A stretch of 63,381 nucleotides of DNA, filler included, from Craspedostauros australis (Eukaryota): the NCBI GenBank assembly GCA_030167865.1. It is 13 parts of 13 records of this genome, joined end to end, with 100 filler letters (N's around TTAATTAATTAA, not from the genome) between each part and the next. Parts side by side here need not be neighbours in the genome. Positions count along the whole stretch, not along the records: positions 23,096 to 26,577 come from JALAGF010004730.1; positions 26,678 to 30,760 come from JALAGF010004731.1; positions 30,861 to 37,430 come from JALAGF010004732.1; 10 more parts are not named here. One strand, given 5' to 3'. Positions 23,120-35,200 of this stretch are shown here, piece after piece (within the stretch, counting starts at the first letter, position 1; every line of letters starts with the position of its first letter). The position numbers and the translations under genes were made by a program. The notes beneath the pieces are model-generated. The model saw nothing but the letters and a program-made list of their open reading frames with translations, was not told the DNA's origin and did not search any database.

Positions 23120-23297
23120 TAAATCTAAATAAGTCGAATGACGACTATTTATTTCGAATGACGTCTAAATAAATCAAATAACGTCTAAATATATCTAATG
23201 ACGTCTAAATAAATCTAATGACGACTATTTAATTCGAATGACGTCTAAATAAATCAAATGACGTCTAAATATATCTAATGACGTCTAAATAAATCGA
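23120..23297 (+). repeat. AT-rich 20-bp tandem array
   Basis: Units NAATGACGTCTAAATAAATC and NAATGACGACTATTTA(T/A)TTC. Confidence 0.9.
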
Positions 23298-24100
23298 TAC
23301 ATTTTGTCACTCGTGATCCAAGAAGACAAGGCCGGTAAGTGATCGAACTAATCAANTGCATTTGGTCACACAAGCAAACCACGAAACGGTGGCTCTCCTC
23401 NNCTNTGCCCNNCTCTGNNCGGATCACAACAGAGACGAGTGTGGAGTTGGAGTGTTATTGTCTATTATANAATACGTTTTATTTTGGTTACGATTGTATA
23501 AATGTGAAGCAGACTGTGCAAAGAGTTCGTGGTCAACCTCGAAGAGTTCTGATCTGTTGTCCATTTGTTACTGTATTGGAAGAAGAGGAGCAGGAGAGAG
23601 CCATTGGAATAATATGGCTGCCGCTCATGCCAGCGGCTTTGCTTTGTTGGAAGGAGGAAGCGTGGGGCGGGGGGAATCTCATGGCGATTGTTTGTGGCGA
23701 ACAGCAGGATTTGTGAGCAATGCACAGAGAAATACAATGTGACTACCCTTCGAACAAAGAGACACCTTCACTGATACTGCAAAACCAAGTGCAGAACAGA
23801 TGAAACGAGCATGCCATCACACTGGTCTACTGCGACATAGGAAGTAACACATGCGTGCATCGGTTTGTATTGCGACTGTATCGCGTTCGCTACACTACGT
23901 TGATACTTGATGTTGTGAAGCGGTTTGCATGGCTTGGCCATTCCAAACGAACGCGCGAGCGCCATGTGTTGCTCTCATCGAATCCCGTCTGTGTATCCCT
24001 GTTTGTTGGTCTGTTTCCATTTCATCAATCGTGACGTGGCAAGAGCCTTGCTTAGTCGATCTAGTCAGTTGAGCCAAGTGGCGTGTCCCGTGAAACAAAT

Positions 24101-24282
24101 CGAATGACTTCTAAATAAATCGAATGACGACTATTTATTTCTAATGACGTCTAAATAAATCAAATGACGACTATTTATTTCTAATGACGTCTAAATAAAT
24201 CTAATGACGACTATTTAATTCGAATGACGTCTAAATAAATCTAATGACGNCTATTTAATTCGAATGACGTCTAAATAAATCA
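24101..24282 (+). repeat. Second block of the same 20-bp array, alternating variants (40-bp higher order)
   Basis: About 9 units with a strict 20-nt period. Confidence 0.9.
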
Positions 24283-24729
24283 AGGGTTTNGTGTTGGCAC
24301 GATTGCTCGGGATTTAACCAAGGCAAACTTAGCGAGGGTCATTCTCGGAGTTTCTGCCCATGTGCCCCATAAATGAAATTGGCGTCTGTGACCGGCAAAG
24401 AGTTCCCGAGAACACCAGTTTGAATCGAGAACTTTCTTCTCGGGAAAACAGTTGTCATCGCCAATACAGAAAGCTCTGATTGGCTGGGTCAGTCACATCG
24501 CAGATTGACTAATTCGACCCATTTTGCCGGGTGTCCCAGAGAGATGAATCGAGGCTGTTTAATCGAATTAGTCTTACCTCCACAATCTGTGTCGTTGCAT
24601 TCGCTGAAAATGACCACTTGATGTCGTGTCGTTAAGTATCATATTTAACGAGATCGTCTATTAGTGTCCAATGACCGCTGTTGTGACTGTAGTTGTTTAA
24701 GTCACGAATCAATCTGATTCACAACTGAA

Positions 24730-24841
24730 AGTGCATTTAATGCACTCCATTTGCATTTAATGCACTGCAAATGCATTTTTTGAACTCCAAGTGCATTTAA
24801 TGCACTGCAAATGCATTTTTTGCACACCAAATGCATTTTTT
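24730..24841. repeat. Palindromic TGCATTTAATGCA / AAATGCATTT tandem repeat
   Basis: AGTGCATTTAATGCACT and TGCATTTAATGCACTGCAAATGCATTTTTT repeated. Confidence 0.8.
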
Positions 24842-26849
24842 GGTGGAAGCACACAGGTCGCGGGACTCGCTTGAGCTGTTTGTGTGTGGGTTGGCGATTG
24901 GTGTGCAGGCCCCAAGAACAGGATTTTTCGCGAAAAGATGGCGCGAAGTTCAAGAGCCGCGCTCGTTGCCGAGCGTTTGAACTGCCGAATCAAGAACTTG
25001 AAGACCACGAGCGACACTGTCTGCCATGGCCACCAATGCCATGTGCAACCATTCGAGGCTCTGTGTGTGATTCTCCAATACCAAATGGACAACGGACTCG
25101 AGTTGTTTGCTGTGTGGACCCAGCGTGAGCATAAGACCCATTCAGGATACGATTGTATCTTCGATATGATACAATATTTCAGCACTGAATTCATCCTATC
25201 ATGCGGTATTGGGTATTTTTGTGAAGTTATAGACTCCTGAGCCTTATAGTTACAAAGTTATATTTTTCGCATTAGCCTTTGCCTAGTAGCGTCAAGCGTG
25301 CGGACGGTGCAGAGCAAATGGGGTTCGGAATCGTCAGTCGTGTTTCGACATGCTGTCCAGTCGTGTCTATCATCGACACGCTCACATTTCACGTGGGTGA
25401 GGCAGTTACTTGTAACGAAATGTTGAGGATTGCGTGGTGGCAGTGGGCATGCCGAGGCTGCTGCTTTGTCTGGGCTTTGGATCAACGGAACCCATGTGGA
25501 GAAGAATACATATGGTGGTGAGCGGGTTGCAGGCTCCATGCTACCCAAGGATGGTACACCCCAATTCAACCTTTGCTCTCTCCCTTAGCTTGACCTGCAT
25601 CATGCCTTGTGCTCAGTCTGCTGCTGTTCATGATTCAGGACGTTCAGCTTTGTCCACATCTCAATCAGCACACGCAGCCTTCCCTCCAGATACCTACTCT
25701 ATAGTACAGCCTCGTCCTTGCTTCAGGTCTATTCCCTGCCTGTGTGTTTGGACCTCCTCTCTGCTCGTCGTTGCCAATGGCCATCATTGGCTTCTAACTG
25801 TTGCTCATCTGCTCCCCCTCTTTACTTCTTGTTTCAGTGGTATTGAATCCACAAGCACTTGAATCACAATGCAAGAAACAACAAGGATAACAACACTACC
25901 GTCACCAGTCTCTTTCTGCACCATGTCAACAGCTCAGCAGATGATCATGGTGTCCCATGTCCAAGGGGAACAAAGCAGGTTGTGCAGGACTTTGCAGAAC
26001 ATTCACAAACTAAGCCAAGTATTATTTAGTATTGTATTTTGTTGTGCATAGCAAAGGATAAGTCACTGCCCTCCATTACATTACATAATATTATGTTGTG
26101 TAGCATTCACACATGTGGCTGGTGTGGCCGACATGTAGGGATGGCACCACCAATGCTTTGCTGCTTGACACAAAACCGGCAGGAGGAAACACCCAAAGGA
26201 GCCAAATCACCAACAGCGTGAGCAACCGACATGGCACTGGACCTGTCACGACATCACCATCCACACCATTGAATACAATATCGGTCTGTCATCGACCGTC
26301 AATGACGTCATGCTTTTTTCCGCGTTGAGGACAAGCCAGCCAGTATTTGTGTCGTAGACGCTAGCTAAATATGTCTAACCCTAGTTGATAACACGGTACA
26401 TCGCCATCTAAGAAAGTAGTGTTTTCCTATTATGCATCTTCAGGAAAACATGATGGTACCCAGCATGGGGATTACAGAAAACACGATGGTACACAGCATG
26501 GGGCTTGCAAGAACCACTGAATTGGCAGCAGGAGAATTGTTCTTGCTCACCACGACCACCTTCCGTTCGCAAACAGTNNNNNNNNNNNNNNNNNNNNNNN
26601 NNNNNNNNNNNNNNNNNNNNNTTAATTAATTAANNNNNNNNNNNNNNNNNNNNNNNNNNNNNNNNNNNNNNNNNNNNTCTCCTCACCAACAACAACGACT
26701 TGATCACTCTACGTTCTCGGTGCGGTATCTTCAAACCCATCTACGATTACGTTCTAACAATGTGGCAGCATGCGTGAAGCTGGCCCTTGCTTCGGCGCGG
26801 CCTTGTCCTTGGACAAGCAATTCCACATGCGTCGAGGCATGTATTAGAT

Positions 26850-27397
26850 AAGTCTGTAGTTGTTGTTGTATCACATAGATTATAGTTTTTAACTATGCAC
26901 CATAGGCGCTTTTGTGCCGCTTTGTTGATTCTGCATGAGTCATATAGCAGGAACGGATGATGCTGGGTAGGTTGCTGTCCTTGTGGTGTATTCGATTGTG
27001 TGAATTGGATGGTGGAGGTGAAGTGAGAGCATGCACGGTACGATAAGCGTCACTGGACGTCAACGGAAGGAGACGGGGCGGCACCCACGCGGTCAGCTGC
27101 GGGGCTCCAGCTTGTGGGCTGGGAGACGAGGCAATGCATCCACACTATTTGAGCTGGGGGAACAGTGGCTGCGATGTGGGACATGGCATGTAGCAGCGTG
27201 AGCAGCCATTCTGCTTGTCGTGGTTCCGACGTTGGGACCTGCTGGGCGAGCTGGCGAAGGTGGGTGGGGACGGACTGTGGTGGCAGCTCTTGGGGAGGCT
27301 TGGCAGTAGAATCGCATGCGCTGGGACATCGCATCGCGCTCTCCTTCTCCGTGAAGCACGTGGTTCCGACTAGGCTGCTGTTGCATCATCATGTGCC
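26850..27397 (-). mobile_element. Possible decayed LINE ORF2 3' end
   Basis: After excising the adjacent solo LTR the minus strand reads QWHMMMQQQPSRNHVLHGE, resembling the W..RN..LHG C-terminal motif. A short (ACA)n run lies near 26858. Confidence 0.35.
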
Positions 27398-28079
27398 TGT
27401 TGGAAATCCGGGGTTAGTGTTAGTAAGACCTAATTCGTTGTTAGACCGTACTATTCAGAACTGTGAGCTCATTCTCTTCAGCTCCTTTGCCTTTCGTTTC
27501 TCACATAGCATCTCCTGCAGCAGCATCGTGTTATACTGTTGCATTCATGCATCTCATCATCATGAATCGTCGCTTGCATACATGAGATCGCATCCGCAGG
27601 CATCCCTTGTCATACCCATCGTCGTGCATATCCGTAGGCATTCTTTCCATGCACCTTGTCGTGCATATCCTTATTCTACATTCCCTGCGGTACGATTCCA
27701 CAGTCTTGCGTTTCGCTCTTGATCTCCTGACACCGAACTTTACGATTGGTGTCATGATTGGTGTCATGGATGATGCCCTTTCTGAGTTGTTCTAGTCCGT
27801 GCCTGACACGTGCCATGATCTCCAGATGGGGTGATCATCAATGTGTCGGTCATCATCTTCCTTCACAAGATTTAGATATCGTGGCCTTTTCTTGATTCAT
27901 GGAGGACAGGCTTGTTTGCTTGGTAAGACTGAGGTCATTCCCGTGTGATTCGTGTCGTGGGTGGAATGGATAATATTCAATGGTGTGACGAATAATATCC
28001 AAAGGTGTGACGAATAATGTTGGGAGTTGCGGCAATCATGGGTATCTTTCCGACAGGGTCGTACCCTCGATTCCTGACA
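27398..28079 (-). mobile_element. Solo LTR, family A, with 6-bp TSD TGTGCC
   Basis: TG...CA ends; TGTGCC at 27392-27397 and 28080-28085. Confidence 0.88.
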
Positions 28080-28092
28080 TGTGCCATTGCTC

Positions 28093-28720
28093 TGTTGGCA
28101 AGTTTGTTGGCAAGTTCTGCTCATGGATACTCTTGCGAGTGCGTAGGATGGTGTTGGTGGTGGTGGTAGTTACAATTCTGTTTGCTATTTCATTGCGTTG
28201 CTAGTCCGATGATGTCTTGGAGTCTCCCCACTATGAGTCGGCATGCAAGATGCTCTCTTATTTTTACTCATATTCTCTCTCTCTCTCTTTCTTGCATGTT
28301 GGTACTACATGATATCCTGTATATGATACAAACTCCGTATTTGATACATATTCTGTTGTCTTGTCCTCTACTGGCCCACTACTTTGCGTGTAGTCACCAA
28401 TGTCTCATCCAAATTCCTCCTTGTATATCCATGATCTCGATGTCGCTCTGGTCATTGAATCTATGCCTTCTTGTTCTGATGTGGAGACAGCTGCTGAAGT
28501 GGTGACATGATGACATCCTTTCAACATCAGCTGTCGTCTTCCATGGTCCTTCAGAATAGTTGGATTTTGTGTACTGTTGTGACACGATCTGGAAGGGAAG
28601 GCCTTGCTGACTGCCAGTTTGAGGAAAATGTTTGATGCAGTTAGTGAGGGATGACCGTCTGGGAAGTAGTAGTGTTGACAATGAGTAGAGAAGTATGTTT
28701 TGTACTGATCTTGAGTTGTG
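28093..28720 (-). mobile_element. Old, CpG-depleted LTR family B copy
   Basis: Starts with duplicated TGTTGGCAAGTT (reverse complement of the LTR B 3' end). The ORF-track peptide MSRHARCSL... mirrors MSRYARCSL... from LTR B. Distal boundary approximate. Confidence 0.65.
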
Positions 28721-28739
28721 CTATTGTTACTTGATAGTC

Positions 28740-30200
28740 CTGCATTGTGAGTTGGTCAGATGATGAAGGTAAGATGAAGAAACAATGTTCACATGACTGG
28801 TGCGGCTCTGCACTGATCCTCAGAGGTTCAGTGTTGAGAATGGACAGGGCTCCTTGCTCTCTGTTGCTCTCACCATCTGCAGTAGCCTTCCAGCATTCAA
28901 GTAAAAGAGCTTGACATCTTGTTGAGGTTGCAAGTGGAGATACCGCAGGGATGGTTATAGGAATTCACAGTCAGATTCCCTGTCGAGATGTACATGTGAG
29001 TATATGTCGAGATGTACGTGTATATGTGCATCGTTCACCCGCTATTCTCTCATACGTACTTGGACGGTAAAACTACATTAGTATCGATAGTATGCTGTGA
29101 TTTGTCAGAATCACAGTGGAAATGGAACACACAAAAATGGGCAGAATTTCTGGAGGAAATTTGCAATCAAAGATTTCTGAGAGAATTGGAAATATCGTCC
29201 GTCCATCCATCAATGGAGACGTTTGGTACCAAGCGAATCTCGAGGTACCCCCCCCCNNNNNNNNNNNNNNNNNNNNNNNNNNNNNNNNNNNNNTCATCTG
29301 ACAGACCACTGCATCACCAATAGAACGTGACATCTGGAGAGCAGAAGGACACCTACTGACGTCGACAGGATGTCATCGTGTCACCACGTCGACATCTGTT
29401 TCCATGTCAGAGCAGGAGGCAAAGATCCAATGACCGAAGGACATCAAGATCATGGATACAAGAGGCAAAGTTCAAATGGTAGGTACTCATGGAGTAGAAG
29501 CCAGTGAGGAATGAACGGAGTGTCGAATGCGGAGTACACATTGAACATGAAGTATCGTGTAGCACGAATACACGATATTGAGAGAGAGAGAGAATACGAA
29601 GAGTGGCGAGAGAACATCTCGCGTACCGACTCATAGTCGGAGACTGAATCTACAAAACAGACAAACGCGCTGAGAGCATTGGGCAAGAGAACGAGCGTAC
29701 ACCAAGAGGATTGGAGTAGCCAAGTAATGAAATAGCAAACAGAACGACTATCAACCAACACCGTCATCCACGATCGTAGGCTTCCAATCACGGAACTTGC
29801 CAACACCAGGATTGGGTGCCTCTACAACAGGCATTCCTGCAGCAGCAGCAGTCGAGAAGGTCAGCCAAAAAATGGGGAGGCAGTTCGTGAGGTGCATATG
29901 GCATATAGCTTGGGATCAGTGGGCGTCACGCAACGAGATCCAGTTCGAAAGTCCAGACTCGGCCAAAGCCGAAATGATTCAGTCTCTGTGGGACAGGGCG
30001 AAATCACTGCGGCTCCGCCTCGAGCAGGACCAGGTCCTTCATCAACGACTTCTACAGACGGAGCCGGGAGAAACAGCAGCAACAGCACCAATCGCGGTAT
30101 GGGTAGAGCAAGCTGCGCTCGCGCTTCATGAGCCGGCCGCCTCCGGCGCCCTGCTCAAGCGGCTCCAGTGTTGCAGACATGCACACCTAGACCCTGGTTA
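28740..30200 (+). mobile_element. Decayed non-LTR retrotransposon ORF2 C-terminus interrupted by the solo LTR B
   Basis: GWL*EFTVRF|PQDWVPLQQAFLQQQQSRRSAKKW and, in an adjacent frame, IWHIAWDQWASRNEIQF, a W-x-x-R-N motif typical of LINE ORF2 ends. Confidence 0.55.
28981..29805 (+). mobile_element. Solo LTR, family B (small internal N gap)
   Basis: Matches 8817-9611 end to end; no PPT or gag in the flanks. Confidence 0.85.
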
Positions 30201-30860
30201 GGAATACACGCAGTTCTAAAGTCCCGGACATACATATTACACGAGAAACAACACACGGATTCCGTGCTCCCCTCGCGCCCGGCGCGAGGTTGAAAGAAGG
30301 CAGAGAAAAGCGCCACCGGCTCAGCCTCATAAGAGGGTTTAATCTTTGCGTTTTTATTTATTTCTGCCTGTACGCTTCCATGTATGATATCTACGCCCAC
30401 GTATCGGAGGCTCCTTCATGATCCAGCTGAGGAATGTTTGCTCATATCCTATTTCACCCGATACAACATCCGCGGTGTGTTCCTGATGCTCTGAGGATTA
30501 GTGTCGTCAGATACGACCAGGGACTTCGACCAACGCTCATTTTTCATCCTTTGGAGATCCTGACTGCCTTATTGGAAGTCGTTGGTGGCCTCCAACCAAC
30601 CCAACATGCAATCGCAATAGTTCTATGTAGACTGCGTCAAGAGCTGCTATTGGACAACAAACTGCTGATCCATCTCTGATAATCAGCAATTACACACAGG
30701 AAAAGAGCACCAAACACTGCACTTACTACGCCGCCTGGGTGATCAATCCGATAGGTGAAGNNNNNNNNNNNNNNNNNNNNNNNNNNNNNNNNNNNNNNNN
30801 NNNNTTAATTAATTAANNNNNNNNNNNNNNNNNNNNNNNNNNNNNNNNNNNNNNNNNNNN

Positions 30861-31453
30861 CGACTCCATCCAATCCGAAATTGGTGGCGCAAATGAAGGA
30901 GGAATACCCAGAAGCTATGGAGGACCTCGACAGCGGTGCTCCAGAGGCAATCTACCCGGAACTACCGATGTATGCATTCGTGGACGCGGACCACGCTCAT
31001 GATCTGGTCACGCGGCGATCCAACACCGGCATCATCCTTTTCCTTGGCAGAACGCCTGTCTACTTCTCCAGCAAGCGGCAGACATCGGTTACCACATCGA
31101 CATACGGCGCGGAATTCAATGCACTGCGCTCGGTGACTGANGAGATTATTGCACTCAGATATGCTCTCCGATCGCTGGGAGTTCATGTCAAGTCTCCAAC
31201 CATCACATTCTGCGACAATAAGGCTGTGATCTCGAACACGACGATCGCGGACAGCCTGCTACAAAAGAAACACGTGGCCATATCGTTCCACAGAGTGCGC
31301 GAGTCCGTTGGAGCTGGGATATTGGTCCCAATATACGTTCCTTCGAAGCTCAACTTCGCGGATATGCTCACAAAGGCACTGGCACGGCCAGATCTAACCA
31401 CTTTTGTCACAGCCCTGTTCTACGGAGGTCATCCTCAAGATCAAGGGGCGTGA
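30861..31453 (+). mobile_element. CoDi-type copia RNase H C-terminus and PPT
   Basis: FVDADHAHDLVTRRSNTG...SKRQTSVTTSTYGAEF...CDNKAV...KKHVAISFHRVRE...NFADMLTK; PPT AAGGGGCG. Confidence 0.92.
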
Positions 31454-31609
31454 CAGCTTTCACTGTACTTCTTACCTCTTTACTAATCGTATTAATCAAA
31501 TACTGGTCGGAGATTGTCCTCGGACAACTCACAATAAAACAACAAGAGCTCCGACCAGGGCACGCAACAACGGGCCAATCAGTCTCAGTAGTTACTTGCA
31601 CGTTTGACA
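31451..31609 (+). mobile_element. 159-bp 3' LTR (family C)
   Basis: TGACAG...TTTGACA; reads as the exact reverse complement of 54764-54922. Confidence 0.92.
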
Positions 31610-32218
31610 CTCAGGACCAACATTGATGTGATGAACAACAAGGAGACTTTCCTGTTCGCGCAGCCTCCGTTGCGGCCAAAAGAGGAAGGGAAGCAAAAAA
31701 GTCCGTAATTTTCTTTCTTCTTTTTCTGCACCTGGTCAGTCGTGTGAAAACAAGTCCAGAATCGAAAATAGCACTGAATTAGCGCTTAACTCATCTAGCC
31801 TTGACGCGTGTACGCGTTGGTCTACCTACGACTACCGGAGGCGTCATCACTCCCGGTGCAACGCGCAGCGCACTGGAATGAGGAGGTTAAACCATCGAAA
31901 CACTCGGGATAGTACTGATGATGATACCAGCATGGAAACATACCTATAGATAGAGAAGAGTGGATTATGCGCATGGGGATGTACTTCACTCCTTCATCGG
32001 AACTAGGAGGACACACTCCTCCAAAAAATTTCCGCACCTGAAGCAAAGCGTGGAAACCTGTGCTTCTCAACGAGTAGAGAGGGATTGTGCGTTGTTGTAA
32101 CCAGAGTGGTCGCTATGGTATCACAGGACTGTGTTGGAATGGATACTTGGGTAGGATGCGTGGGACATCACGCCTTGCTATCTGCTTTCTTTGCCTGCCT
32201 TTGATTGTTGTGTCCCAA

Positions 32219-35200
32219 TCAAATTTCGTAGTTCAGATCGATCTGAACCGCGTTCTTGTCGCAGATGGTATCCACCGATGGTGAATAGATCACAGTATAT
32301 GTGATTGTGTCCAAGACCATGTTGGCGTTGAAATCCGATGCGGATACGATAATGTCCATCTGATGCGGCAAGGTGTTGCAATCAGAGACCCCACCAGGGA
32401 TGTCCTTGTTGGGAGTGAACGATCCAATATTGCCACCACCGTTGGTAAACCGGATTGATGCTTGCTGCGAATTCTTGCCGAAGTTACCGAACAAGCTTAA
32501 TGTCAGGACCACATTGGTGCCAGCCTTGGCAGCGGGCATGCCTGTGAATGCAATTGCATTTGTCTGCCCTGCAACGATCGTGTTCTCTGGACTTGAGACA
32601 GAAACAGATGTTGCCATCGGCGAAACGGTGGGCATTCTGGTCGGCAGCGACGTTGTTGGTTCTTCAGAAATTGAAGGGGATGGATTCGATGACATCGTTG
32701 TCGGCGCTGATGTTGGATTTGATGTTGGCGATTCTGTTGCTTCGCTTGGTGAAGAAGATGGAGCGAGCGACGGAGACTCACTCTGCTTCTTTGTCGGTGC
32801 GTCTGTTGGATTTGATGTCGGAGATTCTGTTGCTTCGGTTGGGATAGAAGATGGAGCGATGGATGGCGATTCGCTGTCCTCTCGCGTTGGCGCGTCCGTT
32901 GGATTTGATGTCGGAGGTTCTGTTGCTTGACTTGGAGCAGAAGATGGAGCGATAGATGGTGACTCACTCTGCTTCTTTGTTGGTACGTCTGTTGGATTTG
33001 ATGTTGGCGATTCTGTTGCTTCGCTTGGAGCAGAAGATGGAGCGATAGATGGCGTCTCGCTGTGCTTCACTGTTGGTACGTCTGTTGGATTTGATGTCGG
33101 TGATTCTGTTGCTTCGCTTGGAGTAGAAGATGGAACGATAGATGGTGTCTCGCTGTGCTTGACTGTTGGCGCGTCTGTTGGGTTTGATGTCGGTGATTCC
33201 GTTGCCTCGCTAGGAGTAGAAGATGGAGCGATAGATGGTGTCTCGCTGTGTTTGACTGTGGGCGCTGACGTTGGATTTGATGTCGGAGATTCCGTTGCCT
33301 CGCTTGGAGTAGAAGATGGAGCGATGGATGGCGTCTCGCTGTGCTTGACTGTTGGCGCGTCTGTTGGATTTGATGTTGGCGATTCTGTTGCTTCGCTTGG
33401 AGCAGAAGATGGAGCGATAGATGGTGTCTCGCTGTGCTTCACTGTTGGTGCGTATGTTGGATTTGATGTTGGTGATTCTGTTACTTCGCTTGGAGTAGAA
33501 GATGGAACGATAGATGGTGTCTCGCTGTGCTTGACTGTTGGCGCGTCTGTTGGGTTTGATGTCGGTGATTCCGTTGCCTCGCTAGGAGTAGAAGATGGAG
33601 CGATAGATGGTGTCTCGCTGTGTTTGACTGTGGGCGCTGACGTTGGATTTGATGTCGGAGATTCCGTTGCCTCGCTTGGAGTAGAAGATGGAGCGATGGA
33701 TGGTGTCTCGCTGTGCTTGACTGTGGGTGCGTCTGTTGGATTTGATGTCGGCGACTCTGTTGCTTTGCTTGGTGCAGAAGATGGAACGATAGATGGTGTC
33801 TCGCTGTGCTTGGCTGTGGGCGCTGATGTTGGGTTTGATGTTGGTGATTCTGTTGATGCACTGGGAGTCGAAGATGAAGCGATAGATGGTGACTCGCTGC
33901 GCTTCACTGTTGGTGCATCGGTTGGATGTGATGTCGGAGATTCCGTTACCTCGCTTGGAGTAGAGGATGGAGAGAATGACGGCAATTCGCTCTCCTTCAG
34001 AGTCGGCGCTGACGTTGGATTCTCTGTTGGTAAGCGCGATGGGAAGGATGATGGAAAGATGGAAGGGCCCGATGACAATGCGCTCGGTGGGAAGGATGGC
34101 GATTCACTACCTGTCGGCACCGCACTCGAAACACTTGGTTGCGATGAAGGTGCTGCTGACGGTGATTCACTACCTGTCGGCATTGCACTCGAAACACTTG
34201 GCTGTGATGAAGGTGATACTGATGGCGATTCACTACCTGTGGGTACCGCGCTTGCGACACTTGGCTGTGAGGAAGGTGCTGCTGACGGTGACTCACTACC
34301 TGTCGGCATGCCGCTCTCTGCACTTGGCTTTGCGGAAGGTGCTGCTGACGGTGATTCGCTTCCGCTTGGAACCGCGCTCTCAGCACTTGGCTGTGAGGAA
34401 GGTGATAGTGATGGCGATTCACTGCCTGTTGGGACAGCACTCGAGAGACTTGGTTGTGATGAAGGTGATGCTGACGGTGGCTCGCTACCTGTGGGTACAG
34501 CACTTGCGACACTTGGCTTTGATGAAGGTGCTGCTGAAGGCAATTCACTTCCCGTTGGCACACTACTCTCGAGGCTTGGTTGTGACGAAGGTGCTGATGA
34601 CGGTGACTCACTGCCTGTCGGCACTGCACTCGAAGCCGTTGGTTGTGATGAAGGTGCTGATGACGGTGATTCACTGCCTGTGGGCACCGCACTCGAACCA
34701 GTTGGTTGTGAAGAAGGTGATACTGACGGTGATTCACTGCCTGTGGGTACAGCGCTTGCAACGCTTGGTTGTGATGAAGGTGATACTGATGGCGATTCGC
34801 TGCCTGTGGGCACCGCGCTTGCAACGCTTGGCTGGAAAGATGGGGCGGACGATGGTGATTCACTGCCTGTGGGCACTGCACTCGAACCACTTGGTTGTGA
34901 GGAAGGCGATACTGATGGCGATTCACTGCCTGTCGGCACCGCGCTCTCAGCACTTGGTTGTGATGTAGGTGCTGCTGATGGCGATTCACTGCCTGTTGGG
35001 ACAGCACTCGAGAGACTTGGCTGTGATGATGGAGCCACTGACGGTGACTCGCTACCTGTGGGTATAGCGCTTGCGACACTTGGCTTTGATGAAGGTGATA
35101 CTGATGGCGATTCACTGCCTGTGGGTACCGCGCTCTCAGCACTTGGCTGTGAGGAAGGTGCTACTGATGGCGATTCACTGCCTGTTGGTACAGCACTCGA

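Noticed and set aside
23120..24282. CRISPR array
   Set aside because: Units are head-to-tail with no unique spacers, no cas genes, and a eukaryotic context.
24321..25284. MITE bounded by AGGCAAA/TTTGCCT
   Set aside because: The inverted match is only about 7 bp and there is no convincing TSD.
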